Virus record (IMG/VR): IMGVR_UViG_3300035199_000797
Span: 1-59,920 of that record
Length of the DNA stretch: 59,920 bases
Strand: one strand, 5' to 3'
Source: a virus
Lineage: Duplodnaviria > Caudoviricetes
Made by a program: the position numbers and the translations under genes. Below the pieces are notes generated by a model. The model did no database searches. It had not been told where the DNA came from and saw only the letters and a program-made list of their open reading frames with translations. Of the stretch, positions 27,618 through 37,400 are shown piece after piece (position 1 is the first letter of the stretch; each line of letters starts with the position of its first letter).

Positions 27618-28595
27618 CTAGTCCCAGAGGTTTTTCATTAACATCGACCTTAATCGAATGCCGGCTAGTGTGAGGCGCAATTTCACGTTGACGAGGCCAT
27701 TCCTCTGATAGGCGTCAGTCAAGTTTGGCGCGACAACGCGATTGCATGGATTGCCCGCGGTAAAAGGGCTGCCATCGGATCTGCAATATTTAGTCACCGG
27801 TAGCCGTGTCTGTACATAGGATTCGTTGGCCCAGTCGATTGGCGTTCCTGCAACGACTAGCTCAATTGAAAATTTCGACGTTCTCACTTTGTCACTCGTT
27901 GCTCCTGAAGCAATTAGTTTATCTGAGAATCTACGGGGATTCGCTTTGAATTTGGCCAAGATTGGATCGGCGTATGCCTTCCAGCCCTTACCCTCCATGG
28001 CCTTCTTTAGAATGCCGGTGTCCCAAATCCAGTGGAGCGCCTTACCAGAGCCATAAAATCCATATACGTCGGTATAGCGATTACCGCCCCAATCATCCGC
28101 GAAGCTGACATGCAGGGGTTGATGGATATCGCCAACCCAGTGTCCGAGGAAGAACAAGGCTTCTGCGCGTTCGAAATCGCTGCCCTGAACCGAACTGTGA
28201 TACTCAATGGCCTTCAGCACACAGCCCTCGACCTTGGGGCAGTCGTCCCGATCAACTAAGGGATCGTCACGTTTCAGATTTATGTAGTGCCATTTATCGA
28301 ACCGGGCATAGCGGTTGAACCAAGGCTTATATTTGGTATCACCGCCTTTGCTGAACTTCCTACCCTGTGCCCTGGCAAGGTCGGCGAAGGTACAGGCCGA
28401 AGCGTAGTCTTTGTACCTCGTGCCTTCGAACTCGAACGCTTCGCGGAGGGCGTCAAGCTTCGCCTTGGCCGATTCTGGCAGGAGCTCGTATGCGATATAG
28501 CAGACAATCTTGTGGCCATCGTCGCCCCATGCGGCCGCCGGATTGTTCGCCAGCAAGGCCAGGCCCATGGCGAATAGGAAGAATACTCGTTTCAT
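27618..28595 (-). CDS. S1/P1 nuclease, secreted (second, divergent)
   Basis: WGDDGH, WHYIN, HWVGDIHQPLH, LHWIWD. Confidence 0.93.
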   Translation of the reverse strand: MKRVFFLFAMGLALLANNPAAAWGDDGHKIVCYIAYELLPESAKAKLDALREAFEFEGTRYKDYASACTFADLARAQGRKFSKGGDTKYKPWFNRYARFDKWHYINLKRDDPLVDRDDCPKVEGCVLKAIEYHSSVQGSDFERAEALFFLGHWVGDIHQPLHVSFADDWGGNRYTDVYGFYGSGKALHWIWDTGILKKAMEGKGWKAYADPILAKFKANPRRFSDKLIASGATSDKVRTSKFSIELVVAGTPIDWANESYVQTRLPVTKYCRSDGSPFTAGNPCNRVVAPNLTDAYQRNGLVNVKLRLTLAGIRLRSMLMKNLWD

Positions 28596-28760
28596 ATGAA
28601 GGCGCTCCCAGATGCGATCCTGACCATCAGATTTCCCGCTAGCTCCGGGATTGTAGCGCGATCACAGGATTCCAGGGTTCTTTCTGGCGTCGGGTGGTCG
28701 CTTTCTTGTGACCAGCCCTTACGCGCTCGGGGTCGTGTTAGACCCGGCGCCAGAAAGGAC

Positions 28761-29132
28761 ATGAGCATGTCGAAGATCGTAACGGTGAACTTCCGCAGTG
28801 ACGAGTTGGTGGCTATCGAGCGTGACGATGGATACTACGTGGCGCTGCGCCCGATCTGTGAGGCCATGGGACTGAGTTGGGGTAGCCAGCTCCAGCGCGT
28901 CAGGCGAGACCGGATATTGTCGGAAGGCATTGTGGTGATGAAAACGCCATTAAGCCGTCATGGCCAGGAAGAGGTCTGCATGAGGATCGAACTGGTCAAT
29001 GGCTGGGTGTTCAGTATCGACGATAGCCGAGTGAAGGACGAGGAAACTCTTGAAAAGGTGCTTGCGTACAAACGTGAGTGCTATCAAGCGTTGAGCGAGG
29101 CATTGGTAGGCAGCGAACAGCACATGGTATGA
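28761..29132 (+). CDS. P22 antirepressor N-terminal domain protein, possibly truncated
   Basis: YVALRPICEAMGLSWGSQLQRV...NGWVF...YKREC. Confidence 0.8.
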   Translation: MSMSKIVTVNFRSDELVAIERDDGYYVALRPICEAMGLSWGSQLQRVRRDRILSEGIVVMKTPLSRHGQEEVCMRIELVNGWVFSIDDSRVKDEETLEKVLAYKRECYQALSEALVGSEQHMV

Positions 29133-29138
29133 GATTAG

Positions 29139-29161
29139 GGGCGGTCCTGGTGGCCGCCCTT
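29139..29161 (+). terminator. Hairpin terminator
   Basis: GGGCGGTCCTGGTGGCCGCCCTT; near-identical copy at 41469-41491. Confidence 0.5.
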
Positions 29162-29235
29162 ACTCGTTCATGTTTTTGAACAAGGCTGGAAATCAGCCAA
29201 CAGACCGGTACAAATGCTTTGTGCCATGGCCGGAC

Positions 29236-29637
29236 TCAGCAATTTTCTCGGAACTCAAGATATGCCTCCCGCTCCAGACTGTTAGCCCAATTCGTGCCCA
29301 ACCAAAGAAGAAGCCCAGACGCAAGTGCTACAATCGCAGTACCAACGATCCACCGCCTGCCGAAACGACTACCGAATAAATAATCCGACACACCCGCAGT
29401 GATAACGGCAATTGACAGCCACATCGTCAAACCATAGATGAAAATCATGGCCGGAAACTCTGTTAAGGTCATGTAGTGACCTCCAGCTGTGGCTATCCAA
29501 CATGTTGTACTAGGGAAAAATACTGCTCGCAAAGCAGCTCCCCATTGCAACGCGAGCAAACCCAATGGCCACCCAGCGACAATGGCGGTTTCAACCACAT
29601 AACCTAGAATTAGCGCAAAGAAACGAACCCGGATCAC
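29236..29637 (-). CDS. Multi-pass membrane protein
   Basis: Three or more hydrophobic helices. Confidence 0.6.
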   Translation of the reverse strand: MIRVRFFALILGYVVETAIVAGWPLGLLALQWGAALRAVFFPSTTCWIATAGGHYMTLTEFPAMIFIYGLTMWLSIAVITAGVSDYLFGSRFGRRWIVGTAIVALASGLLLWLGTNWANSLEREAYLEFRENC

Positions 29638-29946
29638 TCGAATTTCCTTTGTTGGTTCGGGAGACTGTACAAGAAAATCTAAGTCGATTGTTTGCTCGGC
29701 ATCAGGCTGAAAAAGACTGGCATTTTCTGCTCTGGAATAAACTATGTCATGCCTTGAGCCAGCAATCGACCTTGTAGCTGGGTGCTAAGCAGAAGTCAGC
29801 TTAGTTCCGGTTTAGGGCAAAAATGTGACTTGAGGCCGAGCGCAGAGGCTTGGCGCAAGGTTGAATGGCGGCATGGGTGGCCAGGGCGCAGGAGCCGATC
29901 ATCGCAAACTGGCCCGCCCATCCACCGTCCCTTTGGACATCAGAGC

Positions 29947-30291
29947 ATGACGGAACGCAATCGTCGATACGACAAGCAGCGCGGCAGCTCAGCCAAGCGC
30001 GGGTACGGCGCACGGTGGCAGAAGGCGAGGGCAGCCTACCTTGCCAAGCATCCGCTCTGCATCATGTGCGAGGAGCTGGGGCGAGTAACGGCGGCGACCG
30101 TGGTGGATCACATCGAGCCGCATAAGGGCGACATGGCCAAGTTCTGGGATAGCGGTAACTGGGCCGCCCTCTGTGCTCGGTGCCATAACTCGGCAAAACA
30201 AAGTTTCGAGCGCACAGGCATCCTCAGGGGCTGCGACGCGGATGGAATGCCATTAGATCCGAACCACAGATGGCGCGACGCCAAGGGGTAG
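29947..30291 (+). CDS. Packaging-associated HNH endonuclease
   Basis: HPLCIMC, VDHIEPH, LCARCHN; directly upstream of terS. Confidence 0.9.
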   Translation: MTERNRRYDKQRGSSAKRGYGARWQKARAAYLAKHPLCIMCEELGRVTAATVVDHIEPHKGDMAKFWDSGNWAALCARCHNSAKQSFERTGILRGCDADGMPLDPNHRWRDAKG

Positions 30292-30385
30292 GGGGCTTCC
30301 GGTCTTCACAGGGCGTAACCCCTTGAACCGGCGTTGTAACTTTTTGTGCGCAACCGCGAATTAACATTCCGGGGAAATTCAATTC

Positions 30386-30793
30386 ATGGCCATCCGCGGC
30401 AGAAAACCAACCCCTACCCATCTGAAGATCGTCAAGGGGAACCCGGGCAAACGGGCGTTGCCGAAAGACGAGGTGCAGACCGGCGGCGATTTGGTCAAGC
30501 CCAAGTATCTCAAGGCCAAGCGGGTTTCGGAACTCTGGGCTGAAATCGCATCTTCATGCTGGTGGCTGGGAGATGCCGATAGCTACAAGGTCGGCATGTG
30601 GTGTTCGCTGCAGGCGGAATTCGAGAAGGGCCCGGCGAAGATGGTGGCGGCTCGGATTACGCAGCTTCGCGCGCTCGGATCGGAACTCGGTCTTGATCCT
30701 GCATCACGATCGCGTCTCGGGAGCATGAAGGGGAACAGGCGTGGCGAAGGCACGGAAGACGAGGCCAAAGACCCCGCCGACAAATACTTCTGA
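30386..30793 (+). CDS. terS: Terminase small subunit (P27-like)
   Basis: GRKPTPTHLK..GNPGKR; ELGLDPASRSRL. Confidence 0.88.
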   Translation: MAIRGRKPTPTHLKIVKGNPGKRALPKDEVQTGGDLVKPKYLKAKRVSELWAEIASSCWWLGDADSYKVGMWCSLQAEFEKGPAKMVAARITQLRALGSELGLDPASRSRLGSMKGNRRGEGTEDEAKDPADKYF

Positions 30794-32531
30794 TCCGACA
30801 ACCTGGTACGCCAAACAAGTTACGAAAGGCGCGATAGTAGCAGGGCCGCATGTCCGTGACGCATGCGCGCGGCATCTGCGGGATCTGAAGGAGGACCCGA
30901 AGCGCGGCCTTAAGTGGGATTTGAAGGCGGCCAACCGGGCCATCAAGTTCTTCCCCGATGTCCTGCGGCTCAATGGCGGCAAGTTCGAGGGCAAGCCTTT
31001 CGTGCTCCTGCCCTGGCAGGCGTTCGTGATTGGTAGTGTCTTCGGATGGAAGGCTGCGGACGGCACACGAAGATTTCGCGTCGTCTTTGCTGAGACGTCC
31101 AAAGGATCTGGTAAATCGCCCCTCGCAGCCGGCGTCGGTCTTTTGATGCTGGCAGCCGATGGCGAGGCCCGGGCTGAGGTCTACTCGGCGGCGACCAAGA
31201 AAGACCAGGCGAAGGTATTGTTCCGCGATGCCGTGGCTATGGTGGAAATGTCACCGGCGCTGAGCGAGCGCCTGGTCATGACCGGGGGGGAGGTTGAGAA
31301 GACCAATATCGCCTATCTGGCGACGGGCTCTTTTTTCCGCCCGATCAGCACCGAGGACCGCGGCAAGGGGCAGTCGGGCCCGCGGCCCCATTGTTCGCTG
31401 GTCGACGAGATCCATGAGCACCCGACGAATGCCATGGTCGAGTTCCTGCGGGCAGGGACCAAGGGCCGGGAACAGGCGTTGATGTTCATGATCACGAACT
31501 CGGGGTCTGATATGCAAAGCGTCTGCCGCGAGTATCATGATTACGGCGCCAAGGTGGCTGCGGGGATCCTGCAGGACGATAGTTTTTTCGCTTATATTTG
31601 TGGTCTGGATGAAGGCGAGGACCCCTTTAAGGACGAGTCTTGCTGGATCAAGGCGAACCCGAGCCTGGGTGAGACCTTCGAGCTAAAATACCTTCGGGAG
31701 CAGGTAACTCAGGCCCGCGGCATGGCGTCGAAGGAAAACCTCGTGCGGCGCCTGAACTTCTGCGAATGGACCGATGCCGCCGACGCTTGGATTAGCCGGG
31801 AGCTGTGGCAAGCTTGCGAGGTGGATTTGGACTTGGCGGAGTTCCATGGCCGGCGCTGCCATGGCGGGCTGGATCTATCAAAAAAATTGGATCTGACCGC
31901 GAAGGCGATGGTGTTCGAGTCCGACGATGGAACATTCGACGCATTTGTAGAGTTCTGGACGCCAGGCGAGACCATAAAGGACCGAGAAGACAACGACCGG
32001 GTGCCGTACAGCAAGTGGGTCAAGGACGGCTATTTGATTGCCACGCCGGGTAAGTCAGTCAAATACTCATTCGTCGCCGAACGGTTGGGTGAGGAGGCGG
32101 TGGATTTTGATATCGGCTGCATCTCGTATGACCGTTGGCGTATCGACGACCTAATTGAAGAACTTGAAGACGCCGATGTTCCGGCCTGGAAAATGACCGC
32201 CGATAATCAAACCGGCGACGGTATAGCGTTGATTGAATGCGGCCAAGGATTCAAGGATATGGCCGGGGCCGTTGATGCTCTGGAAGAACTGATCACTGAT
32301 GGGAATATCCGCATTCACCGAAACCCGGTGTTGAGATGGAACGCCGCGAGCGCGGTTCTGGAAGAAGACGCGGCGGGCAACCGCAAGTTCACAAAGCGAA
32401 AATCGACTGGTCGCATAGACGGGATTGTCGCGCTGGCCATGGCGGTGAAGGCCGCAAAGGCGGCGCCGGAAGAAGACGCCAATATCGAATATCAGCCGGG
32501 GCAAATGTTTCTTTCGCGAGGGGGCGGTTAA
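30741..32531 (+). CDS. terL: Terminase large subunit
   Basis: KGSGKS Walker A, DEIHEH, GLDLS, RIDGIVA. Confidence 0.95.
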   Translation: MAKARKTRPKTPPTNTSDPTTWYAKQVTKGAIVAGPHVRDACARHLRDLKEDPKRGLKWDLKAANRAIKFFPDVLRLNGGKFEGKPFVLLPWQAFVIGSVFGWKAADGTRRFRVVFAETSKGSGKSPLAAGVGLLMLAADGEARAEVYSAATKKDQAKVLFRDAVAMVEMSPALSERLVMTGGEVEKTNIAYLATGSFFRPISTEDRGKGQSGPRPHCSLVDEIHEHPTNAMVEFLRAGTKGREQALMFMITNSGSDMQSVCREYHDYGAKVAAGILQDDSFFAYICGLDEGEDPFKDESCWIKANPSLGETFELKYLREQVTQARGMASKENLVRRLNFCEWTDAADAWISRELWQACEVDLDLAEFHGRRCHGGLDLSKKLDLTAKAMVFESDDGTFDAFVEFWTPGETIKDREDNDRVPYSKWVKDGYLIATPGKSVKYSFVAERLGEEAVDFDIGCISYDRWRIDDLIEELEDADVPAWKMTADNQTGDGIALIECGQGFKDMAGAVDALEELITDGNIRIHRNPVLRWNAASAVLEEDAAGNRKFTKRKSTGRIDGIVALAMAVKAAKAAPEEDANIEYQPGQMFLSRGGG

Positions 32532-33820
32532 TGAGCCTGTGGAAACGACTGTCGGCGGCCCGCCATGCGTTCCTTGAACGTGATCAGGGATCTATCGACC
32601 CACAGGCCGCGACAATCGATTACTACGACGTCGATGGCGTTGGAAGTTCGGAAGAATTGTCCCGCGCATTGGCTGGCGGTGCGCGGTCGGTTTCTGGCGA
32701 AGTCGTGTCGGCAAATCGACTTATGGGCGTCGCAGCAGCTTATGCAGCGGTCCGTGTCGCAACCGATTCCGTGGCGCAGTTGCCGTTGATGCTGAATAGG
32801 CGTGAGGGCGGCAAACGAATTGCGGACCGCGATAACCCGTTGTTCAAGCTTTTGCATGACCGTCCCAACGAATGGCAGACATCGTTCGAATGGCGAGAGA
32901 TCAAGCAAAAGGACTTGGAGCTGCGTGGTAACGCATATTCGCTCAAGGTTCTGGGTGTAGGTGGCGCCGTCCAAGAGTTGTTGCGGCTGCACCCGGACAG
33001 GGTGGTGCCGAAGCAAGATCCCGGAACCCTTGCGGTTAGCTACGAATACACCCGGCCTGACGGGCGGAGACTGACGTTTCAGCGCAGGGAGATTTTCCAT
33101 GTTCGCGGTATGGGGGATGACGGGATTGTCGGTTTGAGCCCCATTGCCTTGCACCGCGAAACGGTCGGCGATGCTTTGGCGCTCCGCAATAATGGTTCGC
33201 GGTTTTTCTCCAATGGCGCCAAGCCACTTGGCGTTATCGAGATGCAGGGGGACATGCAGGCGGCTGCGCAGGAGGCGTTTCGAAAGGACTGGGAATCCAC
33301 TTATGCCGGCGGCGAGAACGCTCACAAGACGTTGCTTCTGCCGCGCGGCCTTGAATACAAAGCCATGTCGATCAGCATGCGGGATGCGCAATACATCGAG
33401 GCGCTGAAGTTTTCAGTCACTGAAATTGCTCGAATTTTCCGGGTGCCGCCACACATGATCGCCGATTTGGACCGGAGCACGAACAACAACATTGAACACC
33501 AAGGCATCGAGTTCGTTGTGCACTCGATGGCGCCCCGTCTCATTCGGTGGGAACAGGCCATCAACCGCGATCTCCTCGAATATGACCCAAGCCGATACGT
33601 GGTCTTCAATGTTGCGGCGTTGCTGCGTGGAGATTCAAAGACTCAGGCCGAAGCGCTGGAAATCATGCGACGTAACGGCGTCATCCACGCCAACAAGTGG
33701 CTCGAACTCATGGACATGAACCCGCGCGAAGATCCGGGCGGCGAAGAATACATCGTCGAGGCCAATATGCGGGTCCAGGACGGGACGAACCCGAGCACGG
33801 AGACGGAAGATGACAATTAG
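32531..33820 (+). CDS. Portal protein (HK97 family)
   Basis: RPNEWQT, GNAY, GLSPI, IARIFRVPP. Confidence 0.95.
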   Translation: MSLWKRLSAARHAFLERDQGSIDPQAATIDYYDVDGVGSSEELSRALAGGARSVSGEVVSANRLMGVAAAYAAVRVATDSVAQLPLMLNRREGGKRIADRDNPLFKLLHDRPNEWQTSFEWREIKQKDLELRGNAYSLKVLGVGGAVQELLRLHPDRVVPKQDPGTLAVSYEYTRPDGRRLTFQRREIFHVRGMGDDGIVGLSPIALHRETVGDALALRNNGSRFFSNGAKPLGVIEMQGDMQAAAQEAFRKDWESTYAGGENAHKTLLLPRGLEYKAMSISMRDAQYIEALKFSVTEIARIFRVPPHMIADLDRSTNNNIEHQGIEFVVHSMAPRLIRWEQAINRDLLEYDPSRYVVFNVAALLRGDSKTQAEALEIMRRNGVIHANKWLELMDMNPREDPGGEEYIVEANMRVQDGTNPSTETEDDN

Positions 33821-34661
33821 AACCCTCCCGGAAATCAAGGCATTGCAAGTCAAAGGCCTGTCGTTTGAGCCGGAAGAGGCGGCGCTGGCCCGATGGGATG
33901 CCGGCGTCCGCGCCGCGGCGGAAGGCGATGACAACGTAATTTCCATCTATGACGTTATTGGCGAGGACTTTTGGACGGGCGAGGGCATGACCTCGAAGCG
34001 GGTTGCCGGCGCCCTGCGGCGGATCGGCGCCAGGGACGTCACGGTGAATATCAACTCGCCGGGCGGGGACTTCTTCGAGGGAACCGCGATCTATGAACTG
34101 CTGCGCCAGCATTCCAATCGGGTCACGGTCAAGGTCGTGGGCCTCGCTGCCTCCGCCGCGTCAGTGATCGCGATGGCCGGGGATGAAATCCAGATATCCG
34201 AAGTCGGCTTCATTATGGTTCACAACGCCTGGGCCGTGGCGTTGGGTAACCGCCATGATCTGCGCCAGGCCGCCGATACGCTGGAACCCTTCGATACAGC
34301 CATGGCCGGGCTGTACGGCGCCCGCTCCGGGGTCGACAAGGACGAAGCTGCCGACTGGATGGATGCGGAGACCTGGTTCAACGGTCAGGGCGCTGTTCAG
34401 GCGGGCCTGGCCGACGTGATCATGGCGCCCGGGGAAATTGATCAGAGCGCGGAAGCGCCGAAAAATTTAGCGGCCGTGCGCCGCATTGAGTCCGCCTTGG
34501 CCTGCCAAGGCATGTCCCGCAGTGAGCGCCGTAGCCTCATCGCGGAAATCACCGGTCGGCAAGCCGTAGCTGCCGAACCAAGCTCTGCCGTAGCGAGCGA
34601 TGCCGCGCCCAGTCTGAGGGCGCTTATGGAGACCATTCGGTCAGCCACACCGCGGGTCTAA
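33810..34661 (+). CDS. Head maturation protease (ClpP-like)
   Basis: INSPGG, AASAASVIAMAG, MVHN. Confidence 0.93.
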   Translation: MTIRTLPEIKALQVKGLSFEPEEAALARWDAGVRAAAEGDDNVISIYDVIGEDFWTGEGMTSKRVAGALRRIGARDVTVNINSPGGDFFEGTAIYELLRQHSNRVTVKVVGLAASAASVIAMAGDEIQISEVGFIMVHNAWAVALGNRHDLRQAADTLEPFDTAMAGLYGARSGVDKDEAADWMDAETWFNGQGAVQAGLADVIMAPGEIDQSAEAPKNLAAVRRIESALACQGMSRSERRSLIAEITGRQAVAAEPSSAVASDAAPSLRALMETIRSATPRV

Positions 34662-34685
34662 GCCCGTAAACCATGAGGTAATACT

Positions 34686-36119
34686 ATGAATATGCATCGC
34701 CCGCCGACGCGGGGAATCCTATCCGTGCGCGCGGAAGCAAGCCCGGACGTAAAACCGGTTATCGATGAGCTGCAGAAGGCGTTCTCCGATTTCCAGGCCG
34801 CAAATGATGATCGCATTGCCGCCCTGGAGAAGGGGCGCGACGATGCCATCACCAACGAAACCGTCGACAAAATCAACGGGCATGTAACCGTTCTGCAAGA
34901 GAAGCTTGACGATGCCTTGAAGCAGGCTTCCGCCGCGACCGCCGGCGCCGATGAGGCGTTGAAGGTCGCCCAGCGATTGGCGGTTGGCGGCAATCCTGAC
35001 GCCGCCAAATCTTTGCAGGATCTGCAAGCCAACGCTCGGTCTTTCGCGGCGGTACGGCTGGGTAAGCCCATCGACGACATCAGGGAGGTTGATGTTGAGC
35101 AGTATCAGACCTATTGCGCGGCGTTTCGTTCCTTCATTCGGCGTGGCGGCGCTGACGGTGAACTGCTACCCGGGGAGGTTCGCGCTGACCTAATGTCGGG
35201 CTCTGATGCGGAAGGCGGTTTCTGGGTGCCGACCGAAATGGCCAGCCGTGTCCAAACCCGGCTCTTCGAGACATCCGATATTCGAAACATCGCAACCGTC
35301 GAGAGTACCACGGCTGACAGTTGGGAACTGCCCATCGACGTCGATGAGGCGGAGTCGGGCGGTTGGGTGTCGGAGCGGGAAACGCGAAACGACACCGATA
35401 ACCCTCGTACGGGCATCCAGAAAATCGAGACCCATGAGCAGTATGCGCAACCGCGTGCCACGCAGCGGATTCTCGATGACGCCACCCGTGACGTGGAAGG
35501 CTGGCTGGCTGGGAAAATCGGCGACAAGCTAAGCCGCACGGAAAACACCGCCTTTGTCTCTGGTACGGGTTCGGGCCAGCCTCGCGGTATCTTTTCCTAT
35601 GGTGCCGCGTCGCTGGTAACTGACGATAGCTCCCGTGCCTGGGGTGTTCTTCAGCATATCATTTCCGGCTCCGCAACAGGCTTCCCAACCGTATCGGGCA
35701 GCACCGCGAGCGATCCGGATGCGCTGATCACGATGATTTCGAAGCTCAAGCCTTTCTACCGTGGGGCGGCGCGCTGGCTGATGAACCGTGCGACCGAAGC
35801 GGCCATCCGGAAACTGAAAGACGCGGACGGGCGGTATCTGGTTGGCATGGGCGACATCCGGGACGGTGTCGTCGGCTTCAATCTGTTCGGCTACCAGATG
35901 TCGACCGCGGAAGACGTGGCCGATATCGCATCGGACGCATTCGCGATTGCGTTTGGCGATTTCGGGGCCGGATACACGATCATCGATCGTCAGGGTCTTC
36001 GTGTTCTGCGCGATCCCTACACCTCGAAACCGTTCGTGAAGTTTTACACCACCAAGCGTGTCGGCGGCGACGTCACTGATTTTGACGCCATCAAGCTGAT
36101 GAAATTCGCGGCATCGTAA
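34686..36119 (+). CDS. Major capsid protein (HK97 fold)
   Basis: GGFWVP, LKDADGRY, FGDF, RDPYT..RVGG. Confidence 0.95.
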   Translation: MNMHRPPTRGILSVRAEASPDVKPVIDELQKAFSDFQAANDDRIAALEKGRDDAITNETVDKINGHVTVLQEKLDDALKQASAATAGADEALKVAQRLAVGGNPDAAKSLQDLQANARSFAAVRLGKPIDDIREVDVEQYQTYCAAFRSFIRRGGADGELLPGEVRADLMSGSDAEGGFWVPTEMASRVQTRLFETSDIRNIATVESTTADSWELPIDVDEAESGGWVSERETRNDTDNPRTGIQKIETHEQYAQPRATQRILDDATRDVEGWLAGKIGDKLSRTENTAFVSGTGSGQPRGIFSYGAASLVTDDSSRAWGVLQHIISGSATGFPTVSGSTASDPDALITMISKLKPFYRGAARWLMNRATEAAIRKLKDADGRYLVGMGDIRDGVVGFNLFGYQMSTAEDVADIASDAFAIAFGDFGAGYTIIDRQGLRVLRDPYTSKPFVKFYTTKRVGGDVTDFDAIKLMKFAAS

Positions 36120-36131
36120 GGAGATTGAACA

Positions 36132-36569
36132 ATGCCAAATCGTTCCATACATGACCGTATTTCGGTCCTACGCCACCTAAATGGTGTCTTCACGTCGACT
36201 CAGTCTCCGAGCGCCGGGGTAGATCTGTTGGGGTTGTTTTCCGCGGAAATCGTTGCTGACGTCGGGGCGGTGCCGAATATCGCCAACTCGCCGCAGCCGG
36301 GTTGGACCCTTGCCTTGCAGCATTCCGACGCTGCGGCTTCGGGCTTCGCGGCAGTGGCATCGACGGACGTCGTTTTGCCGGATGGCGATGCCCTCGGCGG
36401 TAGCGGTGTCTTCGCCACCATCGATGCCGCGGTGGAAGACGACACCATTTATCGTCTCGGATATGTCGGCAACAAGCGTTACGTCCGCGTGGTCGCCACG
36501 GCTGCGAACACGCCGGGCGCCACGCCTGTTTGCGTCAATGTCCTTGGCGAGAAAATGCTCACAAGCTGA
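36132..36569 (+). CDS. Putative head decoration/cement protein
   Basis: Follows the capsid gene; LQHSD...GYVGNKRYVRV. Confidence 0.65.
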   Translation: MPNRSIHDRISVLRHLNGVFTSTQSPSAGVDLLGLFSAEIVADVGAVPNIANSPQPGWTLALQHSDAAASGFAAVASTDVVLPDGDALGGSGVFATIDAAVEDDTIYRLGYVGNKRYVRVVATAANTPGATPVCVNVLGEKMLTS

Positions 36570-36577
36570 TAAAGGGG

Positions 36578-36608
36578 GGCGGCCGGGGGTGAACCTCGGC
36601 CGCCGTTT
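36578..36608 (+). terminator. Rho-independent terminator
   Basis: GGCGGCCGGGG-loop-CCTCGGCCGCC followed by GTTT. Confidence 0.6.
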
Positions 36609-36614
36609 GGTCTT

Positions 36615-36839
36615 ATGAAGAAAATCAATTTCATTCGCCCCGGTTTCCGCCATGCCGACGATGGTGTGACGGTCATCACATATGCCGAGGGCGAGCGCGA
36701 AGTATCGGACCGCTGTGCTGAGGTTGCGGAGGCGGAGGGTTTTGCGATCCCTTTGGAGGAATCGGAGGCCAAGTCGGACAAGGGCAAGCCTGGCCGCCAG
36801 TCCCGCGCCTCTGGGAAGGGGAAACAGTCTGCATCCTAG
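36615..36839 (+). CDS. Small head-module protein containing a G GGT TTT slippery site
   Basis: 74-aa ORF; heptamer at 36737-36743. Confidence 0.65.
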   Translation: MKKINFIRPGFRHADDGVTVITYAEGEREVSDRCAEVAEAEGFAIPLEESEAKSDKGKPGRQSRASGKGKQSAS

Positions 36840-37381
36840 CAAGCGGACAATCAGCTGGAAACGGAGACATCGACAGAGTCCGGGGGCGAGCCCGAACAAT
36901 CGCAATCAACAATTCGTGGGAATTGGCGCCTTGGTCCGACCTTCTTTACGCCTGTGACGGCGCATGGTGGGACCGGTATGAGGGTGTGCCGGATTTCGCG
37001 GGTATTCGTGTGACGCAAGATGCCCGGGCCCGTGACCGCTGGGGCTGTTTGTATGTGCCGAGCGTTGATGAACCCGGGTTATCGCTGGATCCTTCGGTGA
37101 TCCATCAAGGGGGAAACAGCGGCTATCAGGCGTTGAACCTTGCGGTCTTGCTCGGAGCCAGGCGGATATTGCTTCTCGGCTTTGATATGGGTGGCGAGCA
37201 CTGGCACCCCAGACATCCATACGGGCTGAATAATCCATCCGAGGGGAACTTTGCGCGGTGGCTGCGGGCCTTCGAAACAGGGCTTCCAGATTTAGAGCGG
37301 GCAGGCGTCGAAGTCATCAACGCTACCCCGGGTTCCGCCCTTAACTGCTTTCCAAAAGCCAACTTGGAGGTTTTGCTTTGA
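36737..37381 (+). CDS. MptE/DUF115-like (glycosyltransferase-associated) domain; start unresolved
   Basis: WEGETVCILASG, IAINN, GGNSGYQALNLA and LLGFDM; conserved N-terminus lies upstream of the first start codon (36923). Confidence 0.65.
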   Translation, partial: GFCDPFGGIGGQVGQGQAWPPVPRLWEGETVCILASGQSAGNGDIDRVRGRARTIAINNSWELAPWSDLLYACDGAWWDRYEGVPDFAGIRVTQDARARDRWGCLYVPSVDEPGLSLDPSVIHQGGNSGYQALNLAVLLGARRILLLGFDMGGEHWHPRHPYGLNNPSEGNFARWLRAFETGLPDLERAGVEVINATPGSALNCFPKANLEVLL

Positions 37382-37400
37382 ACACGAAACGCCTTGCGCA

